Source: an uncultured Spirochaetaceae bacterium | Lineage (GTDB): Bacteria > Spirochaetota > Spirochaetia > SZUA-6 > DRHE01 | Assembly: GCA_964551205.1 (NCBI GenBank) | Contig: CAZKCQ010000004.1 | Coordinates: forward strand, 1-34,829 | DNA length: 34,829 nucleotides | Reading direction: 5' to 3' | Shown here: piece after piece, positions 23,264-30,519 of the stretch | Numbering within the stretch: the first letter of the stretch is position 1 | Layout: every line of letters begins with the position of its first letter | Position numbers and translations under genes: made by a program | The notes under the pieces: generated by a model | The model's database searches: none | Seen by the model: only the letters and a program-made list of their open reading frames with translations | Told to the model about the DNA's origin: nothing

Positions 23264-24409
23264 TCAAATCACTAGGATCGATGGTCGTATCTGAGTCAAC
23301 CCATTCGCACTTCGCTCCGCGTGAGGCCAATTCTTATCATAGGTAATGAACTCCAGCCCGCTTGTTCCCAGCAGATAAACATCCTCCGCCATGACGCCGG
23401 GCAGGGATGGATTCCAACCGATCACGTTGTTCTCCCGCAGCTGGTAGGCGACCCGATCGCCGACCACCTGCTCCCTGGGATGGTAGCCCATGGTGCCGCC
23501 GATAGAGTGGCGCATCCACTCCACTTCTTCCAGGCCGGCGTCCACATAGATCTGGGGCAGCTTCGCGTATATGCTTCCCAAAGTAGTCCCTGCTTTAGCC
23601 AAGGAATTGAGGTGAACAAAAACCGTTTCGATCTTGCGGTTGTTATCCTCCAACTCCGGCGGAGGCGGACCAAAAGAGATTACCCGGTTGATCGGATAGG
23701 TTATCCCGGCTTTCTTGCCAACTCCGCAGAGGGAGAAGTGCTTCCTTATTTTGTTATCCGAGACGACCTGGTGCCTGTACTTCAGAGAACGTTCATCTCC
23801 CCCGATCAGGATAACCGCCACATTGAAACTGTTGAGGAGAAACTGTTTCGAAAGCTCGGCCGCCACCTCCCGTTCGCTCATCCCCGGCTGTACTCCTTTC
23901 GAAACCTTGGTGATGATCGAGGCAGCCTCTGCTCCGTGGCTTCTGAGCCTTTCGATCTCCGGCTCGAGAAATACCTGCCGGAATTCCGCCAAATCACCGT
24001 CGATGTTCAGCTGCTCCGCAACACCACCGACGGGACTATCTACGCCGAGAGGACCCTTTTCCAGCTCCGCGGCTTTCGCACCGACGCCTCCCGAACACCA
24101 GTAGATCATCTCATACTCGAAGGGACAGTGGGAGAACTCCTCATCCATGACGCGGCCGTAATCCCCGTTCTCGGCGATTACGATGGCCCGGTTCTCAGTA
24201 ACCAGGATCCCGATCAGGCTCTCCTGCATGTCGTAGAGAACCTGGTTGTTGCCCCCGGCTGTAAGCCAATAGATATTGTATTTACGGGTGATCAGCGCCC
24301 CGGCCAGTTTTTTACGGGAAAGAATTCCCCGCACCTGCCCAAGCTTGGTCTCCACTTCCCTGGTTAGAACGTTTTTTTCAACCATGCTCTTCTCCTCTTC
24401 CATCCCCAT
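23264..24409 (-). CDS. M24-fold (creatinase/prolidase-like) protein with substituted metal-ligand positions
   Basis: 381 aa. A creatinase-N-like N-terminal half is followed by a pita-bread C-terminal half (..MRHSIGGTMGYHPRE.., ..MAEDVYLLGTSGLEFIT). ATG 24385 is an alternative start. Confidence 0.7.
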   Translation of the reverse strand: MGMEEEKSMVEKNVLTREVETKLGQVRGILSRKKLAGALITRKYNIYWLTAGGNNQVLYDMQESLIGILVTENRAIVIAENGDYGRVMDEEFSHCPFEYEMIYWCSGGVGAKAAELEKGPLGVDSPVGGVAEQLNIDGDLAEFRQVFLEPEIERLRSHGAEAASIITKVSKGVQPGMSEREVAAELSKQFLLNSFNVAVILIGGDERSLKYRHQVVSDNKIRKHFSLCGVGKKAGITYPINRVISFGPPPPELEDNNRKIETVFVHLNSLAKAGTTLGSIYAKLPQIYVDAGLEEVEWMRHSIGGTMGYHPREQVVGDRVAYQLRENNVIGWNPSLPGVMAEDVYLLGTSGLEFITYDKNWPHAERSANGLTQIRPSILVI

Positions 24410-24457
24410 ACCTGTTCTCCAAAAAGCCTTCCATATTCATGCCAGTTTCCGTCCCGC

Positions 24458-25678
24458 TTATTCCAAGGATTCCGCCTCCTCGAGGCGGACTTTAAGATCG
24501 CGCAGAAACTTGGCGGCTTCCACTCCGTCTACAATCCTGTGATCGCAGGCAAGAACCAAACGCATTACCTTTCTGGCCATTATCGCACCGCTTTGCTCAA
24601 ACGTTGGGATGGGAACTATGGCTCCCACCGCCAGAATGGCTGCCTGGCCGGGATTGAGAATCGGGTGGAAAGCCTCGATCCCGAACATTCCCAGGTTGGT
24701 AATGGTGAAAGTGCCTTCTGAGAGGTCTTCCCCGGTCTGCTTTCCTTCCCGTGCTCTGCCTATCAATTCTTCCCGCCGGGCGGCGATCTGCGGCAGGGAT
24801 AATTCCCCGCAGTTTCTTACCACCGGTACCAGCAGTCCTTGATCGGTGGATACGGCAATCCCGATATTGACGGTTCTATGCGCGGTTATCGATGCTTCCC
24901 GGATCGTGGCGTTGAGGCGGGGGTTGTTCTTCAAATCGAGGGCTGCCCCACGAACGAGGAAGTCCGTCACGGTGAGGTGAACGCCCTCTTCGTTTTTATC
25001 ATTTATTTTTTTCCGAACCCGATCCAGCTCGGTAACATCGACGGAAATCTCCAGATAAATGTGGGGCGCATCGAGATAGCTCGTTTTGACCCTCTCAGCT
25101 GCAACCTTTCGCAGACCGGATAGAGGAAGATCTTCCACATCCTCTGAGCTCATTGTCTCCCCCCCAAATTTTGCACCGCTTGACTGGGCGGCGGCCAGGA
25201 TATCCTCCCGGCCGATTCGTCCACCGGGTCCGGTGCCGCTGACGGAGGACAGATCCACCCCCATCTCCGCGGCAAGTCTCCGAGCCAGAGGAGAGGCATT
25301 GATCCGTGCGGGGCCCGAAGAACTCCCTTCCCCATCGGTCGTTGCTTTTACTTTTTCCTGATGCATGGAAGTGTCCGTATCAGAAGTGCGCACAGCAAAA
25401 CGGCTGTCTTCCCCCTCCTCTGCGGCGGGTACTTCATCGTCCTTCTCTCCGATGTAGGCTATGACCGTTTCGACCGGGACTTCTTCTCCCTCCTGTACCA
25501 GGATCTTCTTCAAATACCCTGTATAGAAAGAATCGACGGTGTTGACGGATTTATCGGTTTCGACCTCCAGCAGTGGATCATCCTGCTGCACGAAATCACC
25601 CTCGGCTTTCAGCCATTTCAGGATGGTTCCCGTCTCCATGGTCAATCCAATCTTGGCCAGCTTCACTGCGTTGATCAT
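24458..25678 (-). CDS. 2-oxoacid dehydrogenase complex E2 (dihydrolipoamide acyltransferase)
   Basis: Trimmed to ATG 25678 (406 aa). Lipoyl domain VETDKSV, E3/E1-binding domain ASPLARRLAAEMGVDLSSVSGTGPGGRIGREDI, and catalytic motif DHRIVDG. Confidence 0.9.
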   Translation of the reverse strand: MINAVKLAKIGLTMETGTILKWLKAEGDFVQQDDPLLEVETDKSVNTVDSFYTGYLKKILVQEGEEVPVETVIAYIGEKDDEVPAAEEGEDSRFAVRTSDTDTSMHQEKVKATTDGEGSSSGPARINASPLARRLAAEMGVDLSSVSGTGPGGRIGREDILAAAQSSGAKFGGETMSSEDVEDLPLSGLRKVAAERVKTSYLDAPHIYLEISVDVTELDRVRKKINDKNEEGVHLTVTDFLVRGAALDLKNNPRLNATIREASITAHRTVNIGIAVSTDQGLLVPVVRNCGELSLPQIAARREELIGRAREGKQTGEDLSEGTFTITNLGMFGIEAFHPILNPGQAAILAVGAIVPIPTFEQSGAIMARKVMRLVLACDHRIVDGVEAAKFLRDLKVRLEEAESLE

Positions 25679-25694
25679 GGACGAAGACCTCTGT

Positions 25695-26672
25695 TCATGA
25701 AGCAACAACTTCCTGGATCGCAGCTTCGATATCGGGGACGCCGGGAAGAACATAGTCTTCCATTACCGAGGGAAAAGGAATCGGAGTCCACTTGGCTCCC
25801 ACCCGTTTAATGGGCGCATCGAGATATCCGAATGCCTCGTCGGCGACGATAGCAGCGATCTCCCCACCGAAACCGCCCGTCACGTGAGCTTCATGGACGA
25901 TCACGAGCCTGTTCGTCTTTTTTACTGACTTTAGGATCGTCTCTTTATCGAGAGGTACCAGGGTCCGTGGATCCACCACTTCGACGGAGACTCCCTTTTG
26001 CTCCATGTTTCCCGCCGCCTGGAGGGACAGGTGAACGGTGTACGATGTAGCGACCAGGGTTACATCCTTTCCTTCCCTCTTGATTTCCGCCTTGCCGAGC
26101 GGTATCTCGTACTCCTCCTCCGGAACTTCCCCTTTCATTGGAAGCAGTTTCTTGTGTTCGATAAATACAACCGGATTGTTATCCCTTATAGCTGTCTTCA
26201 TCAGTCCTTTGGCGTCGTACGGCGTGGAGGGCATGACGGTTTTTAAACCAGGCACGTGGGCAACCCAGGCTTCCAAGCACTGTGAGTGCTGCTGCGCCGC
26301 CCGAATATAGCCGCCCGCTGCGGTGAGAATGACCATGGGAACACTCATCTGACCTCCGAAGGTATGGTAGAACTTCGCAGCCTGGTTCACGATCATATCC
26401 ATGCACATGGGCATGAAGTCCATGAACGGGATTTCCACGATGGACCTGCAGCCTGTGATGGCTGCACCGATGCCGCAACCCACTATCCCCTGCTCGGAGA
26501 TAGGGGCATCCTTGACTCGCAAATCACCGTACTTGCTATAAAGATCCCCGCTGATGCGGTGTTCGCCGCCGTATTTGCCAACATCGTAAGCCATCAGGAA
26601 CAGATGCTCGTCCTTTTTCATCTCCTCGGTCATGGCTTCCCTAAGCGCTTCCCGATACATGATTTCTCTCAT
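25695..26672 (-). CDS. 2-oxoacid (acetoin/pyruvate-type) dehydrogenase E1 beta subunit
   Basis: 325 aa. REALREAMTEEMKKDEHLFLM..DVGKYGG...RVKDAPISEQGIVGCGIGAA is a typical E1-beta transketolase-like Pyr domain, followed by a C-terminal domain. GGAGG lies 7 nt upstream of the ATG. Confidence 0.9.
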   Translation of the reverse strand: MREIMYREALREAMTEEMKKDEHLFLMAYDVGKYGGEHRISGDLYSKYGDLRVKDAPISEQGIVGCGIGAAITGCRSIVEIPFMDFMPMCMDMIVNQAAKFYHTFGGQMSVPMVILTAAGGYIRAAQQHSQCLEAWVAHVPGLKTVMPSTPYDAKGLMKTAIRDNNPVVFIEHKKLLPMKGEVPEEEYEIPLGKAEIKREGKDVTLVATSYTVHLSLQAAGNMEQKGVSVEVVDPRTLVPLDKETILKSVKKTNRLVIVHEAHVTGGFGGEIAAIVADEAFGYLDAPIKRVGAKWTPIPFPSVMEDYVLPGVPDIEAAIQEVVAS

Positions 26673-26700
26673 ATCAATTCCTCCGCGATGTTCTCCGCAG

Positions 26701-27699
26701 TCATTCGGCGTATACGTACTTCATGGCATCCTCCGCTTTAGGCAGCGGACTGTTTCTGGCAAACTCCACTGCTTCATCCACCATGCCTTGGATTCTTTCA
26801 CGCTCCGTTTTGATCAGTTCTACCGTGATCAAGTCCTCTTTCAACATCCGCTCTTCGAACTCCTTTACCGCATCATGACTGATGGCGTCTTGGATCAAGG
26901 TTTGATCGCGTATGTCGATATCCCCTTCGAAATGACCGTGATGACGAAAGGTTTTGCAGTTGACTAACGTAGGTCCTTCACCGCTCCGTGCTCGCTGCAC
27001 CGCCTTATTAACCGTCTGATATACCTCCACCACGTCCATCCCGTCGATGTTCTCACCGGGTATACCGTAGGCCACGGCCCGATCACCGAGGTTGTGAAGC
27101 ACCTTACAGACCGAGGCGGTAATAGTCCCACAGCTCAGGCCGTTGTTCTCGATGACGAAAATTACAGGAAGCCCAAAGGAGGCAGCCATGTTCAGCGATT
27201 CGTGAAAAGTACCTTGATTGGTTGCCCCGTCTCCGAAAAACGAAACCACTACCTGCTTGCTGCCTCTCAGCTTTATCGAATAGCCGGCGCCGACCGCGAT
27301 GGGATTCCCGTCACCAACGATCCCGTTTGCTCCCAGCACACCGATGCTGCGATCAGCGATGTGCAGTGATCCGCTGCGGCCGAGACAGGTGCCGGTGGTT
27401 CGCCCGTACAGCTCCGCCATCATCTTCTTGAAATCTCCGCCCTTGGCGATCATGTGTCCGTGCCCGCGATGGGTACTGGTGATATAATCGTCCTTGTTCA
27501 AGTTGAGACAGGTTCCAACGGCGATCGCCTCTTCACCAAGATACAGGTGGGTAAACCCCTCCTGCTCCCCGGCCCGAAATACCCGTGACTGTGTTTCTTC
27601 GAAGAGTCGGATTTTCAACATTCCTTCATACATCCGAGAAACAAGGCTTTTATCAAGTTTTTTCAAAGAATCCATATTTCCCCCTAATTTATTCTCCAT
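26701..27699 (-). CDS. 2-oxoacid dehydrogenase E1 alpha subunit (TPP-dependent), acetoin-dehydrogenase-like
   Basis: TPP motif GDGATNQGTFHESLNMAASFGLPVIFVIENNG. YITSTHRGHGHMIAKGGDFKKMMAELYG resembles AcoA-type E1 alpha as I recall it. The start is uncertain: ATG 27699 (AAGAGG upstream) is preferred, and 27726 and 27675 are possible. Confidence 0.85.
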   Translation of the reverse strand: MENKLGGNMDSLKKLDKSLVSRMYEGMLKIRLFEETQSRVFRAGEQEGFTHLYLGEEAIAVGTCLNLNKDDYITSTHRGHGHMIAKGGDFKKMMAELYGRTTGTCLGRSGSLHIADRSIGVLGANGIVGDGNPIAVGAGYSIKLRGSKQVVVSFFGDGATNQGTFHESLNMAASFGLPVIFVIENNGLSCGTITASVCKVLHNLGDRAVAYGIPGENIDGMDVVEVYQTVNKAVQRARSGEGPTLVNCKTFRHHGHFEGDIDIRDQTLIQDAISHDAVKEFEERMLKEDLITVELIKTERERIQGMVDEAVEFARNSPLPKAEDAMKYVYAE

Positions 27700-27731
27700 A
27701 CTCAACCTCTTACGTGCCGAACGCATCCTGC

Positions 27732-29087
27732 TCAGGGTACCTTTCCCACCAGATGCTGAACGTTTATAGGCAACTTTGTTAAGACTTCAACCTCCGGTCC
27801 CTCTTTTCCGAGGGTCCGCTCTACAACCAGATAGTCCAGACCGGGGATCAGTACGTCATCCCAGCGGTTGCCGATTCCCCGAATCGCCACGTCCAGCATG
27901 GTCACGATTCTATAACCCAGGGGTTCCTCGGAGTTCAATGTGATCGCACCGTAAAACTCCTGACATTCCGTGTATCCGGCGTTGTGAGTTCCCGTATATG
28001 GCTTCAATCGGGGCAAATCGACGGTTCTACCCAACTTCTCTTCAACTTCACTGTTCCGGGATAGGAAATAGTCCACCAGAGCCTGCTCCTGGAATTTCGC
28101 CGGAAGATTCTCTCGCGCCACACGTCTGTATTCGTCGAGTCCGATCTTGTAGGCATCCTCGACAAAGTCGAACCAGTAGCGCTGCTCAGGAGTTACCCGG
28201 GATGGATCGCCGGTGCAAACAACGCTGAGTCGTTCGCAGGCTGTGAGTCCGTCCCGTTTCGGGGCAACCCCCAGGTGCACGATATCTCCCTCCCGGATCA
28301 CCCTGTTCAGCGCCTTTCCGATCAGGGTGCGGTTTGCCTCGTTGGCAGTAACCATGATGTCGAAGCCCATCTCTTCAACGCCGAGCTCCTGAGCAGCCAA
28401 ATAACCCCAGGCTGAAACCTGGGTCTCGAGCATGCCCGGTTTCAACACGGCGAGCATGCACTTGAGCATCTCATCACAGATCAGACTGGCTTCTCGGATC
28501 ATCTTCATCTCTTCGACCGACTTTTCGTACTTGATCCTGAAGTACAGCTCCTGGGCGTCGACGATCTGTCCTTTGCCCTGCATGTATTGAACGAGGAAAT
28601 CGTAGATCCCCACGGGAAACACCGCCCGCGGAGTGAGAAGGGCGATCGTTTTGGGTCTACCTCCCGCCGCCTCTTCGATAATATCCTCTACACGTTCGGC
28701 TTCAATCGGATAATCCTCATCGGCAAGCTTGAGCATTTCGACCTTGTGGACAGGAGCTCCGGAACGAGGGGCAAGCTGTTCAGCAACGTACCCTCCCTCC
28801 AGGCCTGCAAGAACGTGGAAGCCCCCTTTCCCGATCACCCCCGCTACCGGTTCGATGGATATGTTGGTATTTCCGGCAAGATAAGGGACATCCCCATTGT
28901 AGTGTTCGTCCGAGTATACAAAAGCCGCATCGATACCGGCTTCGGAAAGGTTGGAGATGACCTTTTTCTGCCTGGCCAGAAACTCTTCACTCCCGATACG
29001 CTTGGTTTTATCAATCGGAGATGATTTTTCCAGTATTGCGGAAACGACATCCGCCTCCTGCTTCCACTGTCTCATCCGCTCTCTCAT
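27732..29087 (-). CDS. Divergent M24-fold (aminopeptidase P/creatinase-like) protein
   Basis: 451 aa. KSVEEMKMIREASLICDEMLKCMLAVLKPGMLETQVSAW and REGDIVHLGVAPKRDGLTACERL align by eye with the M24 pita-bread core. GGAGG lies 6 nt upstream of ATG 29087. Confidence 0.7.
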   Translation of the reverse strand: MRERMRQWKQEADVVSAILEKSSPIDKTKRIGSEEFLARQKKVISNLSEAGIDAAFVYSDEHYNGDVPYLAGNTNISIEPVAGVIGKGGFHVLAGLEGGYVAEQLAPRSGAPVHKVEMLKLADEDYPIEAERVEDIIEEAAGGRPKTIALLTPRAVFPVGIYDFLVQYMQGKGQIVDAQELYFRIKYEKSVEEMKMIREASLICDEMLKCMLAVLKPGMLETQVSAWGYLAAQELGVEEMGFDIMVTANEANRTLIGKALNRVIREGDIVHLGVAPKRDGLTACERLSVVCTGDPSRVTPEQRYWFDFVEDAYKIGLDEYRRVARENLPAKFQEQALVDYFLSRNSEVEEKLGRTVDLPRLKPYTGTHNAGYTECQEFYGAITLNSEEPLGYRIVTMLDVAIRGIGNRWDDVLIPGLDYLVVERTLGKEGPEVEVLTKLPINVQHLVGKVP

Positions 29088-29116
29088 GATAGACCTCCGA
29101 TGTTCATCTCTTTGAA

Positions 29117-29130
29117 TGATAACATTATCA
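29117..29130. promoter_or_regulatory. Operator-like palindrome TGATAACATTATCA
   Basis: The arms TGATAA/TTATCA are perfect and the centre is CA instead of CG. It lies in the 5' leader, 30 nt upstream of ATG 29087. Confidence 0.45.
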
Positions 29131-29169
29131 AAATATTGCTGTGATTATCCACGAGTTCGATCTATATTT

Positions 29170-29183
29170 TGAGAACGTTACCA
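29170..29183. promoter_or_regulatory. Operator-like site TGAGAACGTTACCA
   Basis: It is of the TGnnAACGTTnnCA type. It shares 1 nt with the putative -10 box, the same geometry as site 9296..9309. Its centre is 53 bp from site 29117..29130. Confidence 0.55.
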
Positions 29184-29211
29184 TTAAGCATCAAAATTCG
29201 CATCCTGTCAA
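29183..29211 (-). promoter_or_regulatory. Candidate promoter of the M24/E1/E2... transcription unit
   Basis: On the minus strand: TTGACA (complement of 29206..29211), 17 nt spacer, CTTAAT (complement of 29183..29188; 4/6 match to TATAAT). Confidence 0.4.
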
Positions 29212-29273
29212 GTAAATATTGGATTGCGCCCGTATATTTCCCGATATTACACCGACTCTTGAATCGGTTTGAA

Positions 29274-30299
29274 TCAGAACTCAACGAATCTGTTCTCCTC
29301 ACTTGATTTCTTTATGAGCTCCAGAACTTTGACGACCTTGGCCGCCTCGTGCATGGAGACGAAATCCTTCTTCTTTCCTTCGACGAAGGGAATCAGATCT
29401 TCATAGAATCCACCTTCGATCCCCGATTCCTTTACATCATAGAGGGTTATTTTCCTGCTCTCTTTTCTACCGTCTTTGCCGACAAATACGATTTCTGCCT
29501 GATTCCATATAGGCTCGTGAAATCCTTTCACTTCCAATGTTCCTTTGGTACCGATAATATGCCAGCGGGGTAGAGTAATCCTGGCGTTGTTGCTCACCTC
29601 GATCCGGCAGATTGTTTGATCTTTAAACTTAATTACGGCAAAGAAGTGATCGTCCACCTCTGTGGTCCACACACCGCTTTGAAGGGCACCGTATACGCCT
29701 ACAGGATCCTCTTTCTTCAGCAATAGCATCTGATCGACAAGGTGGGGGCCCCAGTCGAGGAGCATTCCCCCGAAGTATTCCGCTTTAATTCTCCAAGGAT
29801 TCTCCATGCCGTCGATTCCCCAGGCCGGCCAGCCTTCATCACACAAGAGCACATTTGACTGAATCGTCAGAATGTCTCCGAGCAATCCGGATGCGATGGT
29901 ATCCTTGACAAGTAGGAAATCCCGGTCCCACCGGCTGCTTTGATGAACAAACACGAACCTGTCGTTCTGTTCCGCTGCTTTCACCATCCGCAGGCAGCTC
30001 TGATAGTTTACGCTCATCGGTTTTTCCACGATGACGTTTTTTTTGGCTTCGAGTGCCTTGACGCTAAGGCTTTCGTGAGCATCGTTCGTCGTAACGACTA
30101 CCACGAAATCCAATTCCTTCATTCCCAGAAATTTTCCGTAGTCGTCGAAAACGTCGACGCCGTATCGTTTTTTTGCAGTTTCAAGACGTTCCCTGTTCTT
30201 GTCACAAATCGCAACGAGATCCATTCCCTCGTTTTGCTGAATCCAATCCGCATGAAAAGCTCCCATCTTTCCTAATCCGACAATACCCATGTTCAGCAT
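29274..30299 (-). CDS. Gfo/Idh/MocA-family NAD(P)-dependent oxidoreductase
   Basis: Trimmed to ATG 30299, which has GGAGGTG 4 nt upstream (341 aa). N-terminal Rossmann fold MLNMGIVGLGKMGAFHADWI...LVAICD, followed by a C-terminal alpha/beta domain typical of the family. Confidence 0.85.
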   Translation of the reverse strand: MLNMGIVGLGKMGAFHADWIQQNEGMDLVAICDKNRERLETAKKRYGVDVFDDYGKFLGMKELDFVVVVTTNDAHESLSVKALEAKKNVIVEKPMSVNYQSCLRMVKAAEQNDRFVFVHQSSRWDRDFLLVKDTIASGLLGDILTIQSNVLLCDEGWPAWGIDGMENPWRIKAEYFGGMLLDWGPHLVDQMLLLKKEDPVGVYGALQSGVWTTEVDDHFFAVIKFKDQTICRIEVSNNARITLPRWHIIGTKGTLEVKGFHEPIWNQAEIVFVGKDGRKESRKITLYDVKESGIEGGFYEDLIPFVEGKKKDFVSMHEAAKVVKVLELIKKSSEENRFVEF

Positions 30300-30348
30300 C
30301 CCGCACCTCCGTTCCGCGTTCAAGATTTTCACAAAAATACAACGCTAA

Positions 30349-30362
30349 TGGCAACGTTGCCA
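30349..30362. promoter_or_regulatory. Perfect 14-bp LacI-type operator palindrome TGGCAACGTTGCCA
   Basis: The sequence is exactly self-complementary. It lies 4 nt downstream of the -10 box of the oxidoreductase promoter, so it probably covers the transcription start. Confidence 0.65.
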
Positions 30363-30366
30363 AGAT

Positions 30367-30394
30367 ATTTTATCATTGACAGCAAAAATGTCAA
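30367..30394 (-). promoter_or_regulatory. Candidate promoter of the Gfo/Idh/MocA gene
   Basis: On the minus strand: TTGACA (complement of 30389..30394), 16 nt spacer, TAAAAT (complement of 30367..30372). Confidence 0.5.
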
Positions 30395-30492
30395 GCGCTC
30401 CTAATATGAGTCTTTCAAATACATATATAGAAAATATCTTCTTGACCAAGGTATATCGTTAAGTTACCTTTTAGGGTGTAATTTCAAATTGA

Positions 30493-30506
30493 TGTTAACG
30501 TTCCCA
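30493..30506. promoter_or_regulatory. Operator-like site TGTTAACGTTCCCA in front of the regulator gene (possible autoregulation)
   Basis: It is of the TGnnAACGTTnnCA type and ends 13 nt upstream of the regulator ATG at 30520. Confidence 0.5.
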
Positions 30507-30519
30507 AAAAGCTGATTAT

